Positions 13,717 through 26,835 of a DNA stretch of 64,000 nt are shown here, piece after piece. This stretch comes from Camelus dromedarius (lineage: Eukaryota): assembly GCF_036321535.1 (NCBI RefSeq), contig NC_087472.1:94552001-94616000 (forward strand). Reading direction: 5' to 3'. Both the position numbers and the translations under genes were made by a program. Below the pieces are notes generated by a model, which was not told where the DNA came from, searched no databases, and worked only from the letters and a program-made list of their open reading frames with translations. Position 1 is the stretch's first letter. Each line of letters begins with the position of its first letter.

Positions 13717-14118
13717 CATGATTCAATTTCAGTACTGGTAACTGGTCTATTCATATTACCAATTTCTTCCTGTTTCAGTCTTGGCAAATTGTACCTTTCT
13801 AAGAAATTGTCCATTTCTTCTAGATTGTCCTTTTTGTTGGCATATAGTTGCTCATAGTAGCCTCTTACGATCCCTTGCATTTCTGTGGTGTCGGTTCTAA
13901 CTTCTTTTTCATTTCTGATTTTATTAATTTGGGCCCTCTCCCTTTTTTCCTTGATGAGTCTGACTAAAGGTTTATCAATTTTGTTTTTCTTTTCGAAGAA
14001 CCAGCTTTTAGTTTCATCAGTGTTTTCTATTGATTTTTTAGTCTCTATTTTGCTTATTTCAGGTCTAATCTTTATGATTTCTTTCGTTCTACTAATTTGG
14101 GGTTTTTGTTCTTCTTCC
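13717..14118 (-). mobile_element. Internal L1 ORF2 fragment without 3'UTR or poly(A)
   Basis: ORF 13479-13880 translates to GYYEQLYANKKDNLEEMDNFLERYNLPRLKQEEIGNMNRPVTSTEIES, the conserved L1 ORF2 segment between EN and RT. Confidence 0.92.
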
Positions 14119-15659
14119 TCTAGGAAGACATTGATAGAGAACCAATACAGGAAAACTAGGCTGCACTAATTCTTGGGGGGGGGGGTACATTAAGAAAGAG
14201 GATCCACTAAAAATCATTGTTCAACTGGATACTTTAAAATAAATAAACAGGATAAAATAGTATTACAAAAAAGGGAGGAGAGAATTGTTGAGCGATGGTT
14301 CACTTCTAATTCTAGAAAAATGTAGAAATGTCTGTGGTAAACGGAATCAGTTAAAATAATGCATGTGCATCTGGTACAAATTAATTGGAACTTTCATGCT
14401 CTTTGGTCCTGTTACCCTTAACAGTGAGATGGAAAGTTTGGATCAACCAGGGAGGTGGATGCAGGGACCAAATATGACAGAGAGACAAAGGGACTTAGTA
14501 CATTATGTGTGAGACCAACCAAAGAAGGGCACTGGGGCTCAAAGTCTAGGGACGGGCTGTATGGTCAGGACTTGTAAGAGAGGGGTATCCATGAAAAATG
14601 CAATAAGTAAGACAAGCTGTGTAATGTGAAGATAATTGGAGAAATTCCTTAAACATTTCCATAGTGGACATGATACATTTTCTTGACTTAATTGTCCTCC
14701 TTCATGGATGAAGAGTGGAACAGGCAGATGAAGTAGATTTTAAACTGAAACTTAACTTAAGAGAGCATATGTCCTATTACATAATATGTAATATTCTATT
14801 GATTAAGTAACATGTTTTAAAACGATATAACAGGTGAACTTAAAATAGGTACACTTTCTATGGAAATTAGCTTTGACTTTATTTGATGAAAGACAAATAA
14901 TAAAATGCTGTTGTCATGGTCTCTACCTAGGATGTAATAAAAATTCAAACAAACACACAGGATTATTATATATTGAGAGTGCTATTGGACTAGATGCCAG
15001 AGAGGGATATTTAATCCTTATTATTACTGGCGAGTAACACTATTATTTTTTCCAATTAACTGGACAACATTATGAAACAGTTAACCAAGTGGCTAAATTT
15101 AGACTACAAAGAACATTTCTGACCAATCTAACATACATTCAAAAGCACTAAATATAACTTCTTAAAATAGATCTGTTTGGTACCTAGATAGAATAGAAAC
15201 TATTTGTTGCATTCCAACAAAACTCCCTACAGTTCAAAGATATGATTAAGACCTCCTCCTTCTCTCAAAGACTATAATTGGCCATTATAGTAAATACTCA
15301 GGACTTTGTTTTAAAAAGCAACTTTTTCCTAAAAATTAATATTTCATCTCCAAGACTAGACTAAATGACCATTTACATTTTCATTTATAATATTTCTTCA
15401 CCAAGCTAATAAACTACATGGGGTGCTTTTTTGAGGTCCCTGAGTATAATTTTGAATAAGATTCGCAGGAAATAAAGATTTGGCTTAATTCACTATAATA
15501 TTAGAGCTCTTTATGGTAAAATAGACATTTGCCACTGAAAAATTAGGTGATGGTATAATTAATACAGTACTTGGAAGCATAAAAGTAACTCACCTTTTAG
15601 CCAAGACTCATTTTTATTAATGTTGGTGGTTGTAAATCATATCATCATTGGGCTAGTGT

Positions 15660-15965
15660 TCACTACCTACCCTGCTCCTGTCTCCAAGGAAGGAGTGTCC
15701 TTACCTGTCCATTGATTTTGGGCATGGAAAAAATGACTTGTTTTGGACAATGGTAAGTAGGCAGAAGGAAATGTATGAATTTCAAAGAATGACATGCATA
15801 GAAAAGATCCAAACTCCATTTGGAGTCTGAAACAGAGTCCAGATGAACCATTGATGACCTATACCTTGAAACCGAACTGCATACACCAATACTTACGTAG
15901 ACAAATGAGGAAGTTTTGTGATAAGCTCTTGAGATGGGGGTATTTTGCTATGGAGCATTATGGAA
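15660..15965 (+). mobile_element. Old MLT1 (H/I/J-like) LTR remnant
   Basis: gattttgggcatgg...tgacttgttttggacaatgg...gcagaag; taagctcttgagatggggtattttgcta. Confidence 0.5.
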
Positions 15966-16368
15966 ATTTCTGGTTAAGTGCCCCGCCACCCCAAATTCAT
16001 AATTATTCCTTACAATTCAGAATGGTTTAATACAATTCTAATCTAGATTAGGTAATAAAAATATGTTATATATTTGTCAACCTGGAAGATTTCTAGAAGA
16101 AAATTTCTTACCCAATTTGCTTGAGTAGCATCACGTAATTGCTAGATGGTAAACAAAAAGCAGAACATTTGTTTGTGCATCTTTTTTCTCAGTTACAGCT
16201 TTGGCACAGTCTCCTATATGTGTAAATATTATGCAAACTATGTGAAAAAGCAAGACACATTATTACTAGTAGAAATTGTCCCAGTTCTTCAAAAGGTAGC
16301 ACTGAAGTGAAACTGGAACGCTTGTCCTTGAGTGCTTTTTAGCTCTTGGTTGTTCCCCTTTTGAGACC

Positions 16369-16750
16369 GTGTATTAGTTTCTTACTGCTGCTATAACAAT
16401 TCCCACAAACGTATTAACTTAAAGCAATACACATTTACTATCTTACCATTATGTAGTTCAGAGATCTTAAAATATAACTTATTGGGCTGAAATCGGCAGG
16501 GCTGCATTCCATTCTGTAGATTCTAGGGAAAATCCAGTTCCTTGCCCTTAGCAGCTTCTGGAAGCCATCCGCATTCCTTGGCTCATGACCCTCTGACTCC
16601 ACTTTTGAGGACAGAAATGCTGGGCCAAGTCTATCCCACACTGCAATCTGACTGGTTCTCCCTCATCTGCTTTCTTCTTCCACTTATAAGGATCCATGTG
16701 ATTACACTGAGCTCACTAAAATAATCCAGGATAATCTCCCATCTCAAGGT
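16369..16750 (-). mobile_element. MLT1C/D-like MaLR LTR
   Basis: gtattagtttcttactgctgctataacaa...ctaggggaaaatcc-like segment...cattccttggctcatgacc...ataatccaggataatctcccatctcaagg. Confidence 0.85.
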
Positions 16751-16789
16751 CAGGATCAAGATAGTGTTTTATAGACATGCATACACACT

Positions 16790-17035
16790 GCAGTATAGCA
16801 CATTGGTTTACATCTCATAATCTACAATAGACTTCCTAGCATTGCCTCATCTGTTTTCAAGCTCTATACCTTTTGGGCAAGATAGCAATGTTTTCTAAGC
16901 TTTAATTTTCTCATCTGTATAATTGGGGATAATGGTATAGTCTACATCATTATTTTGCTGTGAGGGTTAAATGCAATAATTAATATGCTTAATTCCTTCA
17001 GCGTAAAGGGCTGATATACAGTGACTTAATAAATA
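16790..17035 (+). mobile_element. MIR SINE
   Basis: ttgggcaag...ttttctcatctgtataattggggataatggtatagtctacatc...gtgagggttaaatg. Confidence 0.75.
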
Positions 17036-19764
17036 ACACCTATTACGTATATTTTTATGCTAAAATACTTGTGTCTTGTATATAGCTATAGATTAGGTAT
17101 TCTGTCTACTTATAATAACTGAGTTGTTCTTTGGTACTATATTGAATACTCTTTCTGGCAGGGAGATTTCAAATCATGCATCTGGCTGTATATGAAGAGT
17201 GTATAAGCCAAAAAAAGATGAAGCTCATAATTTGTCACACTGAATCTACATTAATCTGAGTCATCATAGGATCAAATCCAGACGTACACTCAAATACCAC
17301 CAATATTACTTCCAATTACATTTGTCTGTAGCTAATCTCAAAACAGATGTCTAATATTAAAATGTTGATAAGCTGAAACCATGTTTTGATTTGCAAACAA
17401 ATACAAATAAGATTTTTGAGATTCTAATATTGCTTGAAATTAAACTATAATTACATCTATAGCATTATTAAGGTATCAGTCTTGGTTAATGACAATTTCC
17501 TTGATTGAGGTAAAATCTGACCATTTCTATTCCTAAACTGTGATGCACAGAGATTCCCGCAGTACACACAAACTTGGGTAAAATTTTACCCTTCACAGCA
17601 GCGTAGAACTGCAGAAGGAGTGTTACTCTTTTTTTTTCCTTTTAAATCACATTTTAGGTAGGATAAATCCTCTAGCATTACACATTTCAGGATTCCATGC
17701 TACATGTTTTACAAAACTCATATCTGTAAGAAATAACTATTTCAGGCAACCTGTACTGATAATTGAGATTATATACTCAAATGATTGCCACTTAATTTTA
17801 AAAATCACCTTTGTGTATATTGCTAATAAACAGCTCAAATATAACAACACAACATCTGTGTTAAGATGGAGTCTTTCAATGGACCACTATGGTTATTATA
17901 ATATTAATACTTTGAAGATATTTTTATGATATAGGCACCCATGGCAACAGATGGAAAAAATGAGAAGGAAACAAACAAAAAATCCCCCAGAAATCTGTAA
18001 AACAGATAGGCAGTAATTGATTTCTTGGTATGATTAGATCACAAAAATTCACCAGCTCAGAAGGGAAGACCTGAAGACAGCCCACCTGGATTTCCCTAAG
18101 AAATTCCTATTCATAGAGACTGAAGATAAAGCTTCAATGTGTTAAGCTTCTTCCACACACTCAGAGTTTTAGTTTCCCAATTATAATTATAGGCAGATGC
18201 GTAAAGTATTCATGGCAAGTTTCAGGCATACACTATGTTAAATGAGAAGGAAAAAAGCGGAGGAAGACAAAAAATAAAAATAAAAACACATTGACACAAC
18301 ATTATAAACTGACTGTACTTAAATAAAAAATATATATATATACAAAAATCTATATAGGGAGAAGAAAAATTTCAGTATCTGCAGAGACAGAAAATATCAC
18401 AGCCATGATATTAGATCAGAGACAAAAAGAAGTTCCAATAAGTTTCCCAAGAGGAAAGTCACATGAAGGATCTGTAATCACAGTAGCTTTGGATACCTCA
18501 GTGACACAGGAGCAGAGAGAGAGACATTGAAGCAATATGTTAAAAATGTAATATAGAGAAAGGAAATCTTTGCCAACAAGGCTATGATGAGTGAGAACAG
18601 TTGAAGCATGAGAAGGTGGATTTTCCCTCTTGGGTTTTAAAAATGTGTCCAAGCACATCTTTATTTTTCGTATGAGGAGCTGCAACACTCTTGAACACCT
18701 AATGAAATTCCTCATAAGGATAGGATCACCAGTCTGAAACTGGGGCCATAGCAACAGCCAAGTCCTTGGCACAATGTGGTCAGGATGACATAATGTCTGT
18801 TCACCCAAAGGAACAATTATATCACAAATATCTTAAATTCGAACTAGGGATAACAGAAATGTGGCTTCAATCTTTCACTGTTACTATATTTTTTCCTTTC
18901 TTTCATATCTATAGCTACAAAGTACTTAATTTTTTCCCACACTTATTGTTAAAACATGATTAATTTCATTGATAGAAGCAAAGGAGAACCAAAACAACCT
19001 GTGCAGGTAACTTAGACCAAGATAGAAATCACTCTGAAATATACAGATATATGTTGATAATTGTTAAGTGGGAAGATAAACAAAATTAAAACAAAAATAT
19101 GTTTCTCCAAGTTTCTTACTGTCCTTGCTAATGATGGACATTAAGTTAATCTGCTCTTTACTGGTACCAAGACAAAACAAAATATCCTTATTTAAAAGTC
19201 AGAGGATTTGTAATTAATCTTAATCATTCTGTTTACATGTTGCCAGTTAGGAAGTACTTAAAAATTACAGGTTTCACCAAATGAAATAGACTTTCGATTC
19301 TGAGGGAGCACATATTTATACAGCCATGTTATGTTACTTGGTAGATTAAACTCATAGGTCCTGAACCACATGCTGTGATGATGGATTTAACACTTCATAA
19401 TGAGCACTAAGTAATATTTACTATGTATTCTCATTTGCATTAAGTTGCTTTATGTTAGAGAAATAAGAACCTTATGTTGAGTTTATTAGAGTAGTATTAG
19501 GTTTAAGACCTCCAGACTTTTCCCCATCTGTTAACTGAAATAACTTCTACTTGTGAAAGCAGACCAAAATAAATGTACTTCAATTAAGCTACTTGTTTCA
19601 TAGCCATAGAATTTATGTTACATTTTCTGTCTGTGTGGGAGTTGGAGAGTATGCAGAGGTAATGATGTCTTTATTAAACTTTATTAAACTACTTGACTCC
19701 ATTCAAGGGAAAATAAATATATTTAAGGAAAAGTATTTTGTAAATTAAAAACAAACAAGGCAAG

Positions 19765-20766
19765 TTGTTAGACTGCTTTCTCATACCATATAGGAAAATA
19801 AACTCAAAATGGATTAAAACCTTAAATGTAGGACCTGAAACCATAAAAGTTCTAGAAGAAAACAACCTGATTAAAAAATGGGCAGAGGACCCAAATAGAC
19901 ATTTTTCCAAAAAAGACATTCAGATGGCCAACAGAGTCATGAAAATATACTCCACATCACTAATCATCAGGGAAATGCAAATTGAAACCACAATGAGATA
20001 TCACTTCATACCTGTCAAAATGGGTATCATCAAAAAGATAACAATTAACAAGTATCGGTAAGGATGTGGAGAAAAGGGAACCTTTGTGCACTGTTGGTGG
20101 GATTGTAAATTCATGCAGTATCTATGGAAAACAGTATGGAATTTCCTCAAATCAGTAGAACTACCATATGATTCAGTAATTCCTCTTCCAGGTATTTATC
20201 TGAAGAAAATGAAAACACTAATTTGAAAATGTATGTACCCTAAAGTTTATCACAGCATTATTTATGATATCTGAAATATGGACATAACAATCAATGGGTG
20301 AATGGGTAAAGTAGATGTGTGTGTGTGTGTAAATGTATACAGGCACACACTCACACACATAGACAATGGAGTGTTACTCAGCCATAAAAAATGAAATCTT
20401 GTCATTTGCAACAACATGGATAGATCTACAGAGTATTTTGCTAAGTGAAATGAGTCAGACAGAGAAAGACAAATACTGTATCATCTTACCTGTATGTGGA
20501 ATTTAAAAAATATAAACAATTAAAACAGACTCATAGAGAACAAATCGGCAGTTTTCAGACTGGAAGGAGGTTGAGGGCCAAATAGATTACAGGATTAAGA
20601 GATATAAACTTCCAGTTGTAAAATAAGCCATGTGTATGTAATATGCAGTATAAAGAATATGGTCAATATTAATAACTTTTGGGACAGATGTATGTAAATG
20701 TCAACTCACTATGTACTACACCTGAAACAAACATGAAACTCTGTTACCTATAGCTCAAAAAAAAAA
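19765..20766 (+). mobile_element. 5'-truncated L1 (ORF2 C-terminus, 3'UTR, A-tail) with internal deletion
   Basis: ORF 19765-20061 reads [15 protein letters not shown]...[19 protein letters not shown]...[11 protein letters not shown]. 3'UTR contains gctaagtgaaatgagtcagacagagaaagacaaatac and ends in A10. Confidence 0.93.
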
Positions 20767-21394
20767 GTGACAACCCATGCTGAAAGTTCTTCAGTGCGCG
20801 GAGGCCATTACCTTCAGGGCAAGATCCCTTTGAATGGATACAAAGACCATCATTTTCTGCCCTTGCTGTCTTTCCAGTCTCCTTTCCTGAGCCCCTGAAC
20901 CCAACCCATTAAAAAAAAATTCTGGGTGGGTGAGTATGTGTATGTGTGTGTGTTGAGTGTCTGAGTGGCAATCCTCTCAGTTTCAGTGGTACTCGATAGA
21001 CGATCTGAATATCATGGAGGAGTAGTTTTCTTATGATAGTAATTTTGGGAGGCTCTGTTAAAAAAAAATGTAAATGGAGACAGTATGGCTAAAATAGGAG
21101 GTACTGTTTTTCATTTTTTTCTAGTTTTTTAATCTGCCGTGTCTGTATTTTGAAAGGTTTCCCAGTGGTCTCTCAATAAAAGTTCAAATAAATCAAGATA
21201 GTTTAGGTGGAATGTGTTGAAGTCTTTATGATTTGTATTTAGATCAGAAGTGGACCTTGATCAACCAATAGTGGATTGGCTACTTCCAAATATGAATGAT
21301 CTTTATCCACAAAGCAAAAATCTGTTCAAAACTACTATAAAAAAAACAGCTTAACAGCATTTTCTTAAGGCAGGCTGGAATTTTTTTCTAATAA

Positions 21395-21592
21395 ATCTTA
21401 ACTTTTCTCATAAGAGCTTTTAACAAATTGAATTAAGACTACCTGTCTAGTATAATCTCCTTTACTTAACATCACCCTGTTATGGACTTTAATTACTGCT
21501 ACAAAATAACCACAGAAACAATATAAATGTTTGAATACATGGGGGATATATCCTAGCCAAGTTGCCACATAAAACTGACCATCCCACTGCAT
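21395..21592 (-). mobile_element. MLT2-like ERVL LTR fragment
   Basis: Minus strand ggatggtcagttttatgtggcaacttggctagg...taagtaaaggagattata. Confidence 0.65.
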
Positions 21593-21710
21593 TACTTATT
21601 AAATTGGCACTTGGTGTAATAAACAGTACCTAGACTAAGTTGACACATTGTACCCCCATGTATATATTATTTATTCCCATGACTGTACTAGTCTAGATTG
21701 CTCCAAACTC

Positions 21711-21877
21711 CAGGGGTCAACAAAACTTTTCAGTAAAGGGATAGTATTTCAGATTTACAGATCATCTGGGTTCTGTCATAACAGAAGTGCATAAATGAGT
21801 CAGTGTGGCTGTGTCCTAATAAAACTTTACTTACAGCAACATGTGATTTTCTCTTGGGTTAGCTTCTTGACCCCCTG
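21711..21877 (+). mobile_element. MER58A hAT-Charlie MITE
   Basis: TIRs caggggtcaa / ttgaccccctg; internal gtgtggctgtgtcctaataaaactttactta. Confidence 0.8.
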
Positions 21878-22335
21878 CTCTAAACTCACATTTTAATTCT
21901 TAATATCATCATGGATTGTGGAATATAATCTGAACATTTGTGAGCAAGATGTGTGTATGACCCTCGCTTAGAGCCTAGACCTTTTGGAAGTAGTGTAAAC
22001 ATCTTAACATCTTGCTGGATGTGCAGATAATGGAATACAAAGCGAGGTGAAAATTGATAAAGTTCTGTTCATAGTGTTGTGGCAAGACAGATAAGGCTGT
22101 CCTTAAACATACTTGGGGGGATTACAGAGGGTTCCCCCAAATAGTTGATCTCTGATTTGGCCCGCAAAGAGATCTCCAAATAAAGGGGGTGGGGAGCAAA
22201 GAGAGACACAGAGAGGAGAAAAGGAGAGATTCACAGGAGGATTTTTGGAGGCAGAAGCTAAATACGCTTAATGGGCAGTGAATAATCCAGTGTCACCAGA
22301 GGATGTGTGGGGAAAATAACAAGAGATGAATTTTC

Positions 22336-22443
22336 TTTTCTTTTGTTTTCTTTTTGTTTTGCCTTCTTTTTTTTTTTAAACATTTTTTATTGATTTATAA
22401 TCATTTTACAATGTTGTATCAAATTCCAGTGTAGAGCACAATT
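22336..22443 (-). mobile_element. Very short young L1 3'-end insertion
   Basis: About 60 nt of L1 3' terminus plus patterned A-tail. Perfect 13-bp TSD gagatgaattttc at 22323-22335 and 22444-22456. Confidence 0.85.
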
Positions 22444-24334
22444 GAGATGAATTTTCAAATCTAGGCCAGGGCCTTATTGGAAGAAGACTTTGAATTTTAT
22501 ACTAGAAAGTTGAGCCATTAGCCTAGAGGAAATGGAGAGACCATAAATTATATTTGAGGAGGCTGTATATGTGTTTATGAAGCTTCATAGGGTCTCATTA
22601 CAAAGGAACAAACAAAAACTAAATTACCAGCAAGATATTGTTGATTACCTGCCTGGTACTGATTTCTCCCTTTCCCTGAGCACTCCAGTTCTCTTTTAGG
22701 TCTGAATCTCTCCATGCAGACCCTGCACTTCCAGGAGTAATCCTGACTGTTCTCAGAATAATCCCCTCTCTTACTAGGGATACAAAACAAAGATGTTGTG
22801 TTAAATGAGAAAGGAAACGGACTATATATATTTAGTGTGCAAAGATTTCCATTTGCAGGTAGTTTCTATGACACCTAAAGCCTAAGTTATTAAATATTTT
22901 ACTAGTATAAGGGCTGTATATGTTCTATGTACTAGATATAAAATTAGTACAGTTAAAGCAGTTAAAATAGTTGTGGAAATTAAATAACCTAGTTAAACTA
23001 AGACAGGGCTTAAATAGAGGTTGTACTGGACCCTATTTGGTAATTTAGTGTTTCTACTATAATGCTAAAATGTAAATTTTAAACTTAAACAAGCCAATGA
23101 AGACAGATTGACAGAGAAATGTTGTTTTCGTTTTGTAGAAGTATACCATGGTTCTGTTCTTTTGTTGACTACAGGGAATGAGTGTCTATAGCCAGGAAAA
23201 ATAAATTATGCTTTTAGAAACTATATGTAGCAAATGATTTATTTAAGGTATACTTTGCAAAGTGCACATGAAATGCTGAGAAGGCAAATAGCTATGAAGT
23301 GGCTTAGCCCCTTCTCAAGAAATTCTGCGTCTTGTAAATTTAGAGTACCTGCTGGTGTCTGTTTGCAGTTTATATTTAGCTTTTCAAGGACCAAGAAAAA
23401 GATGCTTTTGATCTCCTAACATTGGTAATTATCTCTAATTATAGGAAGAGTTCTGTGTGTGACTGTCAAACAGCCCATGATTTTTTTTTATTTCTGCCAG
23501 TTGCATATTTTAACTGGCACTGTGCTTCCAAGCATCTGTTAGATTTGATCATTAGCATCTCCACCAAGATAGCAGTCAATGAGACCACAAGAGCCTTTGC
23601 CTGCTGATAATGATGAGGAGGAAAAAACCCCACAAAATCATGCGTTTTCCCAATTGCCAGTTAGAATCCTATCCACGAAGCTTAGCTGCATGTTCAGTCA
23701 CAGAATCTACACTATTACAAAGCAAAACATGCAAAGTCAAGTTCACGGTAAATTACTGTTGAGTCTGAATGAGTTTTCTCCTGAATGTACTACTCTGAAA
23801 ATTACAAAAAATCTATTTTGGTCATGTTTTCATTCAGCAGATGCACATTCCATGGATACACCAAAATCCAGAAGATACGAATGTTTCCTCACCTCAGAAA
23901 TGCCTAGAGTCTTTCTGAGCTGCAAAAAGAAAGCTTCCATAGTTTACTGAAGTAGAGCTGAAAGGCATAAGAATAGGTAGTCGGGCTGAGTGGGACATTC
24001 CACCACTGATGTCACAATTTAGCCTCTGTTCACGAGGAAGTCTGCATCTTCCTTTCTTCCTTGGCTCTTCCACTTTGGTGCCTGAGCCTAAACTTGCTCT
24101 CTATTCCAAGATTTACGGGACCATTCATTTTGTCTGGGCATTGCTGATATAACTCAAAACAGGACCACGTTACCTCTTGAAGCACCAATGCTTTTTTAGG
24201 TTTAAACATCAAAATTAAATATACATATATTTTCCACACACACACAAAAAAAATAAACAAACCAACCATGAAGTTACCCTTTCAGTAAACTGTCTTCTAA
24301 CCAGGAAGTTGATCTTGCTACATATACTCTCCTG

Positions 24335-24850
24335 CTTGTTGGAATTAGTGCGTTAATGGCCTCATTCACTCACTGCTCCTTCTACCCCTGCTCGGTGGTA
24401 CTCTCCAACTCCGGCACTGGGCTTGGCCACATGTTTTGCTTTCATCAAAAGCATGTTTGCAAATTTGATGCAAGAAGATTTTTGAAAGGCATTGGTGTTT
24501 TTATCCTTGCTGTTTTTGTCCTCTGTCATCATCATGAGAAAGGTTTGCCTGGGCTAGCTTTTGCAGGATGAGACACATGAGGCAAAGCCAAGTTGTCCCA
24601 TTTTCCCAGCCAAGTCTGTCCTAAGATGAGTCAATAGCCAGTCAACCTCCAGAAATGCGGGTGATCCCGACCAAGGTCAGCAGAGCTACCCAGCCAACTC
24701 GCAGCTTATCTCAGACAGATTGGCAAATTCAGTCAAGGTATGTTGAGTCCAGTCCCAATCAGATTGTCCCTGGAGACTCATGAGCTCAGCTCTGACACTG
24801 AAGCTTTGTGGTTGTTTGTTCTACTATATAATTCTAGCAGTAGATACACT
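24335..24850 (+). mobile_element. MLT1 (G/H-like) MaLR LTR
   Basis: ctgggcttggccacatgttttgcttt...ctctgtcatcatcatgagaa...cctgggctagc...gatgagacacatg; ends tagcagtagataca. Confidence 0.7.
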
Positions 24851-26074
24851 TTGCATAAGGACAGTATGGATCATGCGCCCGAGGACTTCCTGCATGTAGC
24901 ATTCTCCATCTTGTCACTAATCTTCATGGGGGTTCTGTGTAAATTCCCTGTGTAGACATACCTGGAGAAAACTGCACTAGAGCCTTCCCTCTTGGCTGTT
25001 CCCTCATCCCTGGAAAGATAACTGCCATATTGTACTAATGACATTCATAGTCTGCACTCCCCACACTGCCCTCTCTAACTCCAGTTAACATGACTGTCAC
25101 TTCTGAGACAGGTTGGGGTAGGCCTTGTGTCTTCAACAGCTGCCAGCAGACAAGAGAAAAGTTTATCTGAGCAGGGTCTGGATAGAACGTGACTGTGTGT
25201 CCATGTGTATGTGTTAGTAACTGTGTGTGGCCTGTCTGGAGGATGTGTTGTACACTGTGCAGATGAGAGTAGGCCCTGGAATTCTGCTGGGAGACAATGA
25301 ATGTCTTCATTGTCCCATGTCTTCATTCTCATGTAATTCAGAATAAGTCTGTGTGAATTGTGCCCTGGAAATGTGGAAGCCGTATGTGGTATACAAATTG
25401 AGAGGCTGGTATATTGCAGGCTACTTGTGAACCCTATGATTTCATAGTTGGTGAGGTATTTCTCAGTAGATCATACTTAATTTTTTTTCTTCCCTCTGCA
25501 TAGACTTATTGATCTTCTGTTGTGCACCCTGGGGGTACAAAGGCACCCTCTCAGCCCTCAAGGATTTCAAAGCCTAACCAAAAGATAAAGCAAACAAATG
25601 GTTTTCTATAGTATTATAAATGGTCTTTTTCTGCAATGATTAAGGTATTACAGAGAAACACAGTGAGGTTTGGCATAGGAGTATAGGCAGAGATCATGGA
25701 AGGCTTCACAGTATTTAATTTTATAAATGAGTAGGTTAAGTAGAAGTTCTTCAGGAAGACATAAGGAGATAAAAAGCCTTGTAGAGAAAGGGAACAACAA
25801 GAGTATTTGAAGAGAGGTATGAGGTCACTAGTATGAAGATCAGTAAACTCCATGGCAACACAAGTCAGGGCTTAACAAATGAGGAAGGGATAGGAAGGTT
25901 TTTGGGAACATAGAGGATGATGGGAGATATGAAAAAAAGGTTTGACTTTATCCTGTACGCCCTGGATAAATGTATGAATTAGAGAAGTGTAATGCATGTT
26001 AGAGATGTCCCTCCAGTGGTAGGATTGTGGAGGACGGGCCTGGAGGTTGAGATCCAGAGCTGATGGTTTAGATA

Positions 26075-26396
26075 TATGCTGTCCATCTGGTAGCCACCAA
26101 ACACACTGGGATACTGAGTGCTTGGAATCCCTTAGTCTGAATTGAAATATGTCCTGACCAGTGTAAAATATACACTGGGTGTCAATGAAACAATTTAAAT
26201 AAAGAATGTAAAATGTCCTGTTAATAGTCTTTGATGCTAACTATATTTGAAAGAATGATAGTATTTTGAATATATTGAGTTAAATAAAATGAACTATAAA
26301 AACTAATTTCATATCTTTCCTTTTTTTGTTTAATGTGGCTACCAATTTTTTAATCATAAACGTGGCTTGCATTATATTTCTGTTGGACATCCCTAC
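26075..26396. mobile_element. MER33 hAT-Charlie MITE
   Basis: gctgtcca...gtagccacc...agtgtaaaatatacactgg...aatgtggctac...gtggcttgcattatatttctgttggaca. Confidence 0.8.
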
Positions 26397-26835
26397 TCTA
26401 GACAATACATGATTGATGATCTAGGTTGTGACTATAGCAAAAAGACAGGGAGTAGTTTGATAGGTATTAAAGGTGGGGAGACTGACAAGGATCTGTGTGG
26501 CACTGGGAGAGCTGGAGAAGTCTCGAACTCTGACTTGATTGACAGGGACAATGCCATGTTCAATAAGTAGGACATAGAATCCATGAAGAATGGAGAAAAA
26601 GATGACTTTACTATTCAATATGTTGAGTGTAGTATTCTGGTTTCTAACAGGTGCAGGTGGCAAATAAATAACAAATATTTCTGGTATTTAGAACAAAAAT
26701 TGTGCCTAGAAATTAAGACATAGGACTTACTAGCCTATAGAAGAGAAAGTAAATGATAATCATCAATGATACTGCTTCAGAAAACAAGGATGTAGAGAAA
26801 GAAACACAAATCATGGGATCTGAGGAAAGCAAGTA

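Noticed and set aside
18416..18808. 130-aa ORF and other long ORF-track entries (23579-23950, 30465-30827, 37047-37448, 44400-44774, 50963-51322, 57601-57951)
   Set aside because: No recognisable domain or splice structure. Several lie within or antisense to repeats, and such lengths occur by chance.
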